From Ascidiella aspersa (Eukaryota): 64,000 bases of DNA. The notes beneath the pieces were generated by a model. It did not search any database. It had not been told where the DNA came from and saw nothing but the letters and a program-made list of their open reading frames with translations. The stretch lies in contig OZ004607.1 of the NCBI GenBank assembly GCA_963924565.1, positions 35,898,001 through 35,962,000 on the forward strand, given 5' to 3'. This document shows, piece after piece, positions 50,101 through 63,574 of the stretch. Position 1 is the first letter of the stretch. The number at the start of each line of letters is the position of its first letter. The position numbers and the translations under genes were made by a program.

Positions 50101-53100
50101 ACCAAAAAAGCCATCCTTCGGCAAGATTCCAACTCACTGCCTCGGCAGTGTGAAAAGCAGATATGCATATTAGTTGTGAGCTTCAAATGAAAAAAAACAC
50201 TTCGGTGGTAGTTAGAATGGGACAATGTGTGGCAAGTAAGTGCAATACAGGAATCTAAACAATTTGCACAGTAATGCAAAAAATCGACAAAAATCGCGAT
50301 AATTAAACGCCCTTCCGCCAACATCAAACCCGAATATAAAATATTTGCCTGTTTTGGCGAAGCGGCGACCGCAAGGGCCGAAGTACAGAGCCTATACGGG
50401 CGTCGACCAACTTGTGACGCTTGCCGCAAGTCGAGGAGCCTCCCGACCGCTGCTGTGACGTCACAAAGCCACGGAAACCAGCGGCTTCCGAGCGGCGAAA
50501 GTCTACCGCTCGGAGCCGGATTTGCGCAAGAGGTTTCCGCCAGAGATAGAAGTGCGGAACTGCGGATCCCTTATCGCCGAACGGATCTCGTTTGTGATGC
50601 TGAAAGCGACGCAATACGCGTTGTCACTGCGATTTCACGGTCAATTTGCGGGCTAGCTTGTAGGCAAATCACGACCATCTATATACCTGGATAAGCAGCA
50701 GTGGCTTAGTAAATTGACGTAGGTTTTTTTATTTGTTAACGGTTGTGGAGATAAACAATGTAGATATCCTATAAAAACGCAGAAAAAGCTTTAAAGCTTG
50801 AGACAAAAAAACTCGAAATGGTATAATCCAAGTATGATATGTGTCTCCTCTGAGAGCGTAGTTTTCAAGATGTCCTACAACGTGTATGTTAACATTGCAT
50901 TGCATTATCACATATGCGTAACACGTATAAACATATACTAAAAAAGCTAGATTTACAGGGACCAATGGAACAAACTAGAATTTGTAGCATCCTGAGATTT
51001 ACAGAACTCCGAATACAAAATTCACCAAATCTTTTTGAACGTTAAACTTGTTCGATTTCGAGTGTAGGGTTTCGGTTGTCAAAGCACATAATCCCGTTCA
51101 ACCTCCAAAAATCATACCTAGCTTTGCAGGCCGCTTCGCTGAATTTTTGCGCCTCCGATTTTATTGACACATCTGAAGTGCCCGTTGTAAATTAACACCG
51201 GCAAATCGCATTAGCGAAACGCCGCCCGTATTTAGGCGGCCGTGTCTTACGCGCAAAAAAGCGAGGCGGCTGTAATATGTTTCTTTGTAAATGGCTGAAT
51301 TTGTCTAATTCTAAATAGAGAAATCAGGTGAAACTATGCTAAGACAAACTGCATTGAATTCTCGACAGGCTTGCTCAAAGTGTACTTTGACCTGTTGAAG
51401 CACGGTTGAGTGAAAGCTTTTCGACAATTCAATACAATTTGTCTTTTCTACCGTGACACCTGATTCCTCTAATGTAATATTTTTGTGCACCAGTGCTCTA
51501 AACCCGATCACTGCCAGCAGCTGAACTTTGTCTCAGCGTAAAGAGAAAATACCGAAAAACGCACGATTTTTGTCGGATTTTAACACCGCAGACGAAACTG
51601 TATCGAATGTAAATGTTACTAAAAGGTAATCAGACCGATGGCAATCCCATTAAAACAAAGTTTGGATCTCACCCCAAAGCCGCGTATCAGGTTTATCCTT
51701 GCTTAACCTTAGGAACATAGAAGCAGAAATAGAAGAGCAGAACGTCTGCCAAAAGACTCCACTTACACCGTAAGTCACCCGAGTCCAAAGCGTGTTCAAT
51801 TCGCCAAAAGTGCGACGGTCGCGAGATAACCGGTGTAGGGTTCCGGGATTCCCCGACATTTTTTGCTACTTTACTCGAGAGACAGTCACTAAAGCCACGT
51901 TTGAATCGCAATGCTTATAGTCGATTCGGGTGAACGGAAATCAATTTTCAAGGAGGAAAATTACCGGTGACTCACTCAACTTATGTGGGAGACGGTCTTA
52001 CGGAAGAAGTCGTTTGCTAAATATTACCCGTTGTCTATAGGATTTATTTCGCGATTTTGGTGTGACCAATACGTAGATGTGATTGTAGCGTTATCACAGT
52101 TTGTTGACGCCAAGACTCAACGAAAATTCACAAATCTTATCTCGTGTAATGTTTGAATTGAATATCTATAAAAAGTACTCTTAAGGATGGTGTTTAGTCT
52201 GTTTATAAAAACGGAAAATTGATGATGTTTATTCAGACGGCGAAATACATATCCGTGTCAAGGTTCAAGAAATGATCTTCTGTTTTATGCCTGCTTTATT
52301 GACATCTTTGACACTCACCCAGGTAAACCGCAAGACAATTTATCTATTTTCCTTATGAAACCACCTAATTGTGCAGGCCAGAGGATGTTTTAATGACGAA
52401 ACCCATCCAAAAGCACAGAGAGGTTGTGTAACATGCTTAATCAATTTATAGCCCGACGGCGGGCGTCTGTAGGCTCCAAGCTAATTCCATTTCGATTAAA
52501 TACACAAGGGCGCCGACTCGAGCAACATATCATCAATCAGCAGTTACCCGAAGCTTGCCAAACTGTCCGGTCGGCCAGAGATCAACCATTAACCGCGCAA
52601 AATCCACACAGGAGAGCAAATGGAAGAGTCTATAGGGCTTCTTCAACATCAACTGAGCAATTCGCAGAAACAACAGCGAAATCCAGCCAGAGGAAGACTT
52701 GATTTAAAACTCTCCGCCGCCGCCGGTACTATAGTAAGTTCTTTGGGCTGGAAAAGAGCGCTTGTTGTTTATTCGGGGTCCGGCAATGCTCCCCCTTGGG
52801 CATGTCGGCGCTGTTGACTTTGTGGGCGCGAGCGACGCGGGTTCAATATTACTGGTGACGTCATAATCGACGGGTATGCGCGCACAATGGACGGCGCGGC
52901 GCCGCGGGTCTGGGCTGCGCCTCGGCGTACGACGGTGCGTAGAAAGGGACAATAGGCGGTTTTACGAGCAAAAATAGCATAAAAAAGACTGGGGGTGTGT
53001 GATGAATGCTTGAAAGATGTGGCTTGGTCGAAAGGAGGGAAAACACATAATACGAGGTTAAAAATAGGAGTCTTGAAGGTTTATGGTAGTTATCGACGGA

Positions 53101-53211
53101 AATTGCGAAAGTGAACCCCACCTAGAGTAGAGAGCATCCACTATAGCGATATAGCAATCGGGATTAAATATGCTCAAGTATATCGTGTAAACGAATTAGG
53201 GTATGTGGTTA

Positions 53212-53368
53212 TACACTATGCACGGGTCTGTAATGTAGCTTGATAATGAATTGCAAAGCCAAAAAGGTCGAGTAGATCGACATCATCTTGATTAAGACGT
53301 TTCGATAGGAACTTATCGTCTTAAGTTAATGTCTACTCGATCTTTTTGGCTTTGCAATTCATTATCAA
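53212..53368. mobile_element. Family A repeat, internally deleted palindrome
   Basis: tacactatgcacgggtctgtaatgtagcttgataatgaattgcaaagcc... followed by inverted ...ggctttgcaattcattatcaa. Confidence 0.8.
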
Positions 53369-53849
53369 ACTAAATTAGCGAATAATTTTGAAAACAAACA
53401 GCATTTTCTTCCAAAATCATCCGAACTAGACACAAAAGATTCTATTTCAAAAATAGCTGTTAGTTCAACAATCACTCGCAGCGGTTTTGTTATGCCTCCG
53501 GATCACCAACCATGCCGAGAGTCATCCGTAAAGCTAGAACGGCGCAAAGTCCAGCAGCGGCCGCCAAAGACTATAAAGGCCCACTCGACACCGGTGGACA
53601 CACAACCGTAATTGAGACCGCAAACATGGCCCGGCCTTCAAGCAAAAACGACGGCGGCAAGGGTACATCAATCGCCGCTTGAGCTTGTGCGATGAGACAC
53701 GCCATTGTAAATAGGATTAGGTACTGACAATGCCAGAGGAAACAAGGGCCCTAGGCTTGCTTGTATTGGCGCGTATCGCGGCCAGCCATCTTGCGCAAAT
53801 ATTATGCCTGGGCGCTGTCGTCGCCTCTCAGCCTGCTCCTGGTCTAATA

Positions 53850-54155
53850 CAGTGCTTCCCAACCAGTGGGTCGCGTAGCTATTTCAGGTGGCCGCGTTTC
53901 TGAATGTTACAGCTTCTATTAGATGGGGAAATGATTGTATTATCATTACGTAACATTAATGCAACAATGTAGCAAATACGTAACAATCCAATATGCAAGC
54001 TCAAGTTTCGCATTAATGGTAAATTGCATGTCTGTATGTATTGTTATTTCTCAACAATTTGCTTTGTTATACGTTTTGTCAAATCTCACTGTGGGTCGCA
54101 TAGCAAAATTTGCGTTAAAATTGGGTCGCAAATTGAAAAAGGTTGGGAAGCACTG
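53850..54155. mobile_element. hAT-type MITE, recent
   Basis: Perfect 15-bp TIR cagtgcttcccaacc; perfect TSD gtctaata. Confidence 0.92.
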
Positions 54156-55770
54156 GTCTAATACGTACATGTATGACGGCCTTGTGCTTGGCTCCACGGC
54201 CAAATTTTCGCCAATTTGGGGTACTGAATAGTTGATCTTGAAACTTACTTAAACATCATGGAATTACCGGGCATTTTTCTATTGGGAAATTGTATCGGGT
54301 ATTGCCAATTACTTATCCTTGAACAGTGGAAACCATAATAAGCATATTGGATTTAGATTAACGTTGTGAACTTGGCCTGTGTACGACTTTAGATAAGCAA
54401 GAATTTTGCACATGTTTGTGTAAAGGTTACTAATGGTATGTGCCGTTCCGTACGCCCCTTAAAACAGTAAGAAGAACGCCCTTATTTGATCTGTTTTCGG
54501 GCAGAACACAAAATTGTCCACCACTGAAATATAGTTCTGTTTAAAAAACGTATTGTAACGGGTCATAACTAAAATGAACCCTTTTAAAACCCGACGAGTT
54601 TTCAAATTTTACCCAAGAGTTTTAATAAATTAACCTAACGCGCTAAATCAACTGGTCTGTTTACTGTTTTGACCAGCCGAAAAAACACGGATAACCCGGG
54701 TCGTCGTACCGTGTCGTAGGGCCAAACCCTCGCGAGGGGTTACACCCCTAAAATTAGGGGTCGGGTGAAATACAGATGGGGACACGACAGGCCCCAGACC
54801 CTTCGTTACGCCTAATGACCACTTAAGGGTGGTTTAGTGTTAGATACGATCATTCGAAAAGTGGCTATTTTAGGGAAGGACACACGTTTTTTCGAGGGTG
54901 CTCAAAAAGACACGCAACCTGATAGCAGGAATTCGGCGCAAATGCTTCGCTTCGCAAGTTTCAAGTTTAAGGGCAAAGTGTTTAAATTGCGCGCGAATTA
55001 TCTGAAACTCAGTAAGGGGAACGGCTTAATCTTCGATCGGAAACTTCATTCCGCGCGAGGCTTTCCGTCAAACTTGTGTGTGTAGGTCCTTTGCGAGCTG
55101 TACAGGCGAGCAAAGCCCCGTGAAAAAAACACCAAAAGACCAACAAAAAGCAGACGAAACGGCGGGAAATGAAGCAAATCGACCTTCGCCACTCGATGAA
55201 GCCCTGACCGTTAGCAACCTTAACTTGGTAATAACTGATGCCATGGCCAGGTGGCTCTGTTTGGCCTCAGCTTCGGCCTGTCCGTCGGGCGGCGACGGGA
55301 ATTTGTCAACACCGGCGCATTTCCGCATCGCGCACATTTGGCCAGAAAAAGCGGCCGCTATTAAACGGCCGACTCCTTTTTCGTCACAGGTTACTAAAGC
55401 TTGCGGGTCGTGCAGATTATAAATTGACAGACAACTGGCTAAAATAAGTGAAGCAGGCTGCTTCCGCAGCGGCAATGTCAACTATAGCTAAGGTATGGGT
55501 CGAAAAAATGACTGACAACAGTGACCTGGAAGAGGCCATGTAAAGAGTTAGGAAAATCTAACCACAAAAATAACATCTTTAAAATGGAGCTTTTCAAGCA
55601 TTTGGCGTAATACAACTTAATATCATATCAGTACGGGGTATAGCGAATCAAAAGTCGCTTTAAAATGCCTTTCTGGTTTTGTAAACAAACGTATAGAGGC
55701 GATTCAAAATTTGCTCAGGCCTAACAGAACAAGGTTCGACCAGGTTACGCTACAGGAAAGGAGCATTAGG

Positions 55771-55958
55771 TACACTATATGCATGGATTAATAATGTAAA
55801 ATTTGGCTTCGCAATTCATTGTCAAGCTATATTACAGATCGGTGCATAGTGTACCGAAGTTGGTTTCCATTACGGTAAGCATTCAAGCTTCAATTACGAA
55901 AGCTGGAACGTCTGCATTTCAAATCTTTGGCTTTGCAATTCATTATCAAGCAACATTA
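55771..55958. mobile_element. Family A remnants (both termini plus a second arm fragment)
   Basis: tacactat...atagtgta at 55771-55853; tttggctttgcaattcattatcaagc at about 55926-55951. Confidence 0.7.
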
Positions 55959-58039
55959 GGTTTTCTATGCATGCAAATACGAAACAGGAAGTCTACAACA
56001 ACGCTGTGTAGGGGGGTTGTACTGCTGCAGTGCAGTCGTTTCAATACAATGAACAAGAATCCAATGCTAAGGGTGTGGTGCCCTTTAGAATTCATTCCGT
56101 CCGCCGCTAATTGAAAGGGTCAACAAATCAGCCCGCCCTACATCGTTGCTTATAGCGTTTTACCTCGATGTTAAAGTAGAGGGTTAAACCAATAATAGGC
56201 AACGCAAATCGACACCACAGCTTTGCGGCAAGAACCCGGGCAAACAGCATGTCCAATTAGGGCTTTTGGCGGTATCTAACCGCCGTGTTTGATGTTTGTT
56301 GAGCAATGTCAAATCGACCCATTAGCAATTAACGTCAGCTGTTTACTCTGGGCTTTAACGCTCGTTACGGCGTATGTGGGTTGGTACTTTTTTCGGGTGT
56401 GGCCGCAATATAAAGGGGTGGGTGGTCCATGATGCACCCGCATGTGTGACGTAATAGGGGCATTGTTGCGTCATCGCCTTGTCCGTTTAGCTGAGTCATG
56501 CACTTAGCCCTATAATCGCGTTGAACGTTCGATGGCTGTGAAAGTAAAATAACGATTGCAACGTCGAACAATATGAGCCTGTCATAGTAATATCGTATAG
56601 CAAAACGTGGAGGTTGAAACAAAATTTCCTATCGACAACCAGCACGTAAAATTACAAACTTCCCACTTCGGATATAAAATTTTAAAAAATCTGATACATT
56701 TAAGATTAAAACAACGAGATTAACCGAGTCTTATCATAGCAAAGGTTATGGTGTTTACGGGAGAAACGCTTAGCACTAAACGAGCCCCTTAGGGAAACAG
56801 CTGTCTAAACCGCCGAAACCACTCCATAAAGTGCCGCAAGTCTGTAATCAAAGAGAAACCCGACGTAAATCGCGTACCCTTGGTCGCCAATGGACTACTC
56901 CCCTTGCACATTGTGTTAAATTTAAAACACCAACGACCAACAGGGCAATTAGGACTTACAGAGTCACATCCTATTCCGCCTAACCCCCCAATGTACATCA
57001 GCCCAATTACAACAAGTCCATTATACGTGGCCACCAAACTCCGTGGTTAAAGGGGGAGGAGGTGTTTAGGCTAATCCTGATAAGTTATCTTTTAAGTGGG
57101 AATACAATCGCCAAAGTGAATCGACACCCTTTAAACGATGGCGGATTTGTGGAAGAGTGCGTTTTCCTATTGCGTGTTTAAACGGATCAATAGCTCAATG
57201 ATGTATCGCTTCGCGTGCTCACGCCTTTTGTAAGATGCTCGTCAATTCGCTGCAACTTTAAAGCAAAAACTCAGCATCAAATCAGCTTGCTAATCGCAGA
57301 GGGTTAAGAGGCAATTTGGGTGCGTCTTTCATCGAAATGCGGTTGGAGCGACTAGGGTTAGAAAAAAGGGGCAACTGGGAATTTATCTTCGTTGAAACGC
57401 GTTTTGGAAGCGAAATGGATTGCCGCGCCTTTGCTGTTAAGCTTTGACGGTTTTGATAAGTGGAAAACGTTCACTTCGTCTTGCATTTGATTTAGTGATG
57501 CGGTGATTAGAAAGCAGGTGAACGATTCCACCACTAACACCAAAGAGCGACCAAAACAACTTGGTAATTATACCCAAACTAATTACAAACCATCGCACTT
57601 TTGGCACGCGTAAGAAAGTAGGTTTATATTATGAAGAAAATCCTCCAAACAGTGAGTGAAAATGCGAAAGAAAGAATAGTGCACGAAAAAACAATTGAAA
57701 TTCGTGAAGATATAACCAATCAAAATCATTCTTAAAGATCATAACTTTATTCTCTCCATCAGAAATTATCGATAAAATAATACACTTGGCCAGCGGTAGG
57801 CAAAAGCTATCTCTGTTACCACACACTTTTTTTAGGTTTTACACAAGACATTTTGATGTAATCGTTTTTGTTCAACGGACTGTAAAGGGTTGAAACGCCC
57901 GCTCTAGATTACCAACTGATCCTCTGTAGAAAGCATAAGGAATTCAAAGAGGGTCAAAAAGTCTTTGACGATATTTAAAGAGATTCTTTGCGTTCTTTTA
58001 TGTACACGCCGAGCTTGCGTAAAACAAAGGACGCTTATA

Positions 58040-58490
58040 GCAGTGTTGTAAACAAGGGATTTAACTTAAGTCCCAGTTAAGTCTTTTAAAAAATAACTCA
58101 AGTTCCAATTAAAGTTCTTTGCCAAAAAATAACAAGTCAAATCTCAGTTCTAATCATTATTAGAGCAGCTCAACTTTAAGTCAAGTTATTGTCATAAAAT
58201 AAAACGTTCAACTATTACAGGCCGTGTATGAGCAGTATATCAACTAAAAAATCGCAAAAATGAAACATATAGCAATCAAATTGTGCAAACATTAGGATCA
58301 ATAAACTAATTTTATCCAAAAAAATTAATGACAACACTTACGATTAACCAAACTTTTTTGTCACAATAACTCAAGTCCAGTCACTTGTCTAACGACTTAA
58401 GTCAAGTTAAGTCATTTTGCCCAAACGACTCAAGTCAAGTCAAGTCGTTTGAAAAGACTGACTTAAGTTCACTTCATCAAGTTATTGACA
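58040..58490. repeat. AAGTC-rich dispersed element (related stretches at about 27640-27950, 31660-31770, 38450-38530)
   Basis: Clusters of aagtcaagtc/gacttgactt motifs shared among these loci; boundaries approximate. Confidence 0.55.
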
Positions 58491-58792
58491 TAGGTCATTA
58501 CAAACATGCCATAATAATAAACGAAGGTCGCTCAAGACGCTTTACGTATCCCCGTGAAAAGTTTGCGCGCGACGCCGGTGACAATGCGACATCGCGACGC
58601 CGCCCCAAAACGACCCGAATGGCCCCCGCGTGCTTACTGGTAGCTTATAAGATTGGAAAGCGCGCACCGAGAGAATCCAGCGGCTTGCGGCAAACTTAAA
58701 CAAACCATTATTTCCGGCACGAGGCTTTGCGCCAAGATTGCCGGGTTTTGGGTCGCCCGAGCTGATTTCAAGGCAAAGTTATGCCTGTAAAC

Positions 58793-59069
58793 CAGGGGTT
58801 CTTAAACTGGGGTCCACGAACCCCCTGAGGGTCCGTGAACTAATTTTAAGGGGTCCATCAAAAAAAGAGTTTAATTAAAAATAAAACGTTTTAGCACTGA
58901 ATGTATTTCGACTCCATTTTACTAAAATCATCAGCAAGTTTCTAAACTCTATTTGATTGTGACGTTAATTTATGACGTCATTCTTGAATATTTTTTGCCT
59001 ATTGTCCACTCGAAGCAAAAAAATTGTACGGATCCGCCGTAAAAAAATTAAAGGTTTTGGGTGGCCCAC
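58793..59069 (+). mobile_element. hAT-type MITE (CAGGGGTTCTTAAACTGGGGTCC family), right TIR damaged
   Basis: Left end matches 40291; flanked by ctgtaaac on both sides. Confidence 0.8.
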
Positions 59070-61214
59070 CTGTAAACTGTCAACTAAACAGAATATTTTA
59101 CCGAGCGTCGAAGTTCGCTTTGCGCAATCTATTGCAAAAACATACGGTACAGTCAACACACCGAGATGATTAACACACGCGAATGGCAAAATCTGCTCAA
59201 AACTGCTCCAATTAATCATTTTTTAGCGAGGTATACATTGCGTGCACCTGGGCGCTTCCTAAAACAAACCTCAGGGCTCTGGGCCAGCGAATCGCTTGCT
59301 TATAAAGAGTTAATGCCTCAGAGGCGCGTTTTAAGCGACTGTGGTGTGTTAAGCTGTGTTGCGGTTAATCAGCGTTTTCAGCAAAGTTACTTGGGCATTG
59401 GCCAACCCACGCACCTCGCTTACGGCGCTATACAGCCTACGGCTTGGCGGTGGAGAGAACTTATCTTTCTGTAAATCTAAATCCGGCATAACTGCCATAT
59501 TTAGAGCGAGGCGAAAATAACCAAGTTTTCTACGCAAAATGCCAAAGTCGCGGTTTTTTTTCTCAAAATAAACAAAATTTTAAGCTTAAGCTCCCTGTTG
59601 AATCACACATTCAAGCTTAGCAAAAAAGAAAAAAAATCACAAAAAAATGTGTTTGAATTCATTTTAAATGTGTTTTTTACTATAATATGATTATTGGCTA
59701 AATAAAATTTGTATTGATGCTGTCTGTTGGACTTTCATTGGAATATCGTAGGGGCCTTAAAATCATCCCAAGCCAGGGTGGCATTCAAAGCAAAAATCGT
59801 CGAACAGTTAGGATTACAGAATTGGGAATTTTCTCAAAAAAGTGGCGCCGTATAGCGAAATAAAGCTGAACTAAATCCTCGTTCTCCTGTTCTAAGCCAT
59901 GATCACTCCTTAAATTTCTCCCTCGATTGGTTTCCGTTTTTTTTTCGAGAGTTTAGGTAACTTCGCCACAATAGTCTAATTTCTTGTGTGGAGAAAAACT
60001 TACATTTTGGCCCCGGTTGCAACGAGACTAAACGGAACTGCATTGTCTGGCAGAGAAGCCTAATTTCAAGGTGAGTAACGTTTCACGTTGAAAAACGGCA
60101 GGAGTTTAACAAAAAAATTTAGAACAATGCGTGTAATTGCCCAGCGCTTTTTCACGAAGGTTAAGCCGTGCGTAATGATTTCAAATTTATAAAATATAAC
60201 GGAAAACCTTAAACTTTGCCGACCCTTCAAAATCGACCTTGTATAATTGATGAGGTTTTCGAAAACTTTGGCGCTAATGGATAGCAAAGGAGGAATAGAC
60301 AAAAAGAAAGGTAAAAAACTAGTTATTAAACAAACATATTTAATGCAGAAGAACAACCACACTGGAATATCTAATTTAGCAGTACGAGAAAGCTTTGAGC
60401 TCTATAGAAGCATTATGAAATTTGTGCGAAAATAATTGCTCTTTTTTCCAGACGATTTCAAACAATACAGACGATTCTCCATTCCGATTCCAAAGTGCAC
60501 GTTTGGGTCTCACACATGGCCGACAAAAAGTATAAAAATAACCAAACATATTTTTAAACGATAAAAAAAACTACACGTCATGGGCAACCGTCGCCAAGTA
60601 CCGATTCCGATTTGAAATCGCTTTCAAAGAACAAACATCCGGACCAGAACATCTCCAAGGTCACGTACACAAGGCTTGCGAAATCCGATGACATCCCAGC
60701 TTCGACAAAAATCTCGCCTTCCTGAGAGAATCGGATGCGATCGATGATGGGCTTCCTCGGTCGGACAGCGGGTACGTAACACTTGGCATAGCGCCCGTGT
60801 CAAGTTGGCACCGAACGGGGTGACTGATCTCCGCGGTCACGAGGTCACGGGGTCACGGGGTCAAGGGGTAACCGCGGGTCGGCTTCTTTGGGAAAGGCGA
60901 GACCTTCTTTTCCGCTGGTTTTGGAGACAAACCCTTGGCGCCGGTGAGCGATTGTAATAGGAAGAAGATTTGTTGAACCTCGGGTCACGTTCGAGCCGCC
61001 TCTAGCCTCCACATATCACCGTCTTAAGGGTTTGCTCTCAAAGGAAACGTGAAGGCTTTGCTTTTATGAGCGATCTGGCAAGGTCGAAAGGTTACACAAA
61101 CACGAACCTCATTCGTTCCCAGCAGAAAACAAGAAGCTTTGAGAAATTTTTGCAGCAAAATCTTGGCGGCATTTTTGGACAGAGAACTTAAAGATCCTCC
61201 CTTTTTTGACAATT

Positions 61215-61470
61215 TTTCAGCTAACTTAAAAAAACCCTCAGCTATAAGTCAATAAAAGCTTCGGCAGATAAAGAACTCTCAGCTGAGTAATTTAGAACCC
61301 TCAGCTAAGTTTATTAGAGCCCTCAGCTGAGTTAATTAGAACCCTTAGCTGAGTAAATTAAAACCCTCTACTAAGTTTAAAAGAACCCTTAGTCAAGTGA
61401 AAATACCCCTCAGCTAAGTTAAAAATAATCCTCAGCTCGTTAATAAGAACCGTCAGAATCATCAGCTAAA
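61215..61470. repeat. About 21-bp degenerate minisatellite
   Basis: agaaccctcagct(a/g)agt units. Confidence 0.8.
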
Positions 61471-61907
61471 AATAGGTATCACATCAGCACCTAGCATTTT
61501 GTGTGACGTCATGGGATAGCAGTGACCCCCGTAAACTTTGATAGGTTAGGATGAGTGCCGAAGCTTTCAATACATGGCATCACAGGATGAAATTTCTGGA
61601 GAAAATCCGCCAAGAATGATTGCGCAAGTGGCGGAAGCAATAGGAGTCCAAAGCGATGGAAATCGAGCGATTTTGACGCCAATTGAAACTGTATAGGACG
61701 AGGTACGTGATTTGAGCTCGACTGGCGTCGCAGCTACTTCACTGTGAATTACTAGACTTCTGAAGAGAGATAGGTGGGTGCGTTTGATATACCACATTTA
61801 TTTTACTAAGATGTTACTATAAAAAGAGTATGTTACTAAGATGTCACTATAAATGGAACCAGAACAACACAATCAACTTAGAACATGTAGGAAAATGTGA
61901 GTTGATA

Positions 61908-62049
61908 CAGAGGTCTCTAATCGTAAATAAAATGTTGTATCAGGAAGCTTACCAATTAAGCAAAATTTGAATTTTTTTTAAATTCCCAAATACCCATCAG
62001 AACCTTAGAAATTGCCAGGGCGCCCCGGCACCCCGGTTGAGAACCACTG
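61908..62049. mobile_element. Short or degenerate hAT-type MITE
   Basis: Right end ggcaccccggttgagaaccactg matches the 7204 family terminus; left end cagaggtctctaa is tentative. Confidence 0.6.
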
Positions 62050-63574
62050 CCATAAAAAGTCCGGAACATGGCCAAGGGCGACTCACTGACTGTCAACTCA
62101 GTGACAGAACGCCGGTCAGCAATATGTTGGGCGACCGGCCAAACCCGGTTACACCAAATCCCATCGACCCTTGTTGAAGGGAAACTTGAACGTTTCCGGG
62201 GGAGGTTAGCTGGCTGTGCGTCAAGTGTGCCGAAAAAGGCCAGACTTTGTGGCCGGTTTAAACTCGGCCGGCCCATGTTCTGAGGCCGTTGTTGGAGCTG
62301 AAGGGGAACCAATACCTCTACAGTAATCTTGCCAAGGTGAATACATCCTCAGGGTTTGTAAAACGTCCAACGAAAATAACAGGATGGATAAAATCCACAC
62401 CTGATTTGTAGACAACAAACTATAGTTATATAAAACACTTCCATAAGTTGAAAAGCACACAAAAGGGGTGACAAAATTCACCATAAGACGCCCTGGGATA
62501 CAAATTTCAAAAAACAAAACAGGAAAGAAAACAAGGTGTTGGTATCAGTAGAAAAGTCCGGCCCCGCAAAACGGCCAGAATTCCTTTTGTCAGATGGTTG
62601 AGATTCGACGCTTAATAAGTCACGTCCGGGGTCGCGCCGAACCTATTCTGTCCTCAAGTGCATCTGACCTCGCCTTTTTGTGTTGAGAAGGGCGCGGTGG
62701 AAAAACGTGATTGCCTTTTGTAAGCGGCGAGCAGTATTTCTTTATGTGTCGCAAAGCCGCGTTTCAATTCTACAGGAGCTGTGTTGTTGTTGAACTTTAA
62801 ATTGTTTTTTTTTTAAACTGCGCGTGTATGGAGCATTGTGGAGCGTTGTCCCGGTCAATTTCGTTTCACAAATGTAGTGTCCTGGTTTACCACCGAAACA
62901 CATCAGTAACTAAAACGTGTTTAAACAACTGTGCAAGTCATATAAACAGTGGAAAAAATCAAAATCAACGAACAATTCCTGGTGAGAAAATAGTGAAGTC
63001 TCGAAGACAACACTGTATTCGATCTTAAGCACAAATAACTCTCAGAAACGAAATAGACATTGACACCCTGATGCACAGAATTTTCACCAACTAAACATTC
63101 TTCTAAACACCATGCTTTAAAATGCTCGCTTAGTACTGATTTCGCGATAACACCAACATTTCTGAATCAACTCGTTTCCACTCGGTTTGCCTTCTTATCG
63201 TCAGAGCTTGTTGCCAGCGCGAACGCAACCTCCACTATAAGTGACAAAACGAACGAGGACCGCAGATAAGGAGCCGCGTGTTCCGGGCTTGCTTTTCCAA
63301 CTTGCAACATGCGAACCGTGAGGCTTCCACCGCAGCAACGCTTTGATCCGCTCAACTGAGATACACTCCTGTCAAAACCTGCCGGACCTTTGCAGTTCGT
63401 GTCGCCTCGGCAGTCGTAAACAAGTTATACGGCCGTTAAACGGAAATTCCGATGTTTCAGTTCAAAGGCAAAAAACATTTGGAGCTGAACTTGGGAGATG
63501 AAAGTGCGAACCAGCGTGACAGGCGGGCGGCTGGCACGCGAAGGTTCTTATTAGATGTGCGTTGGGCATTGGGC

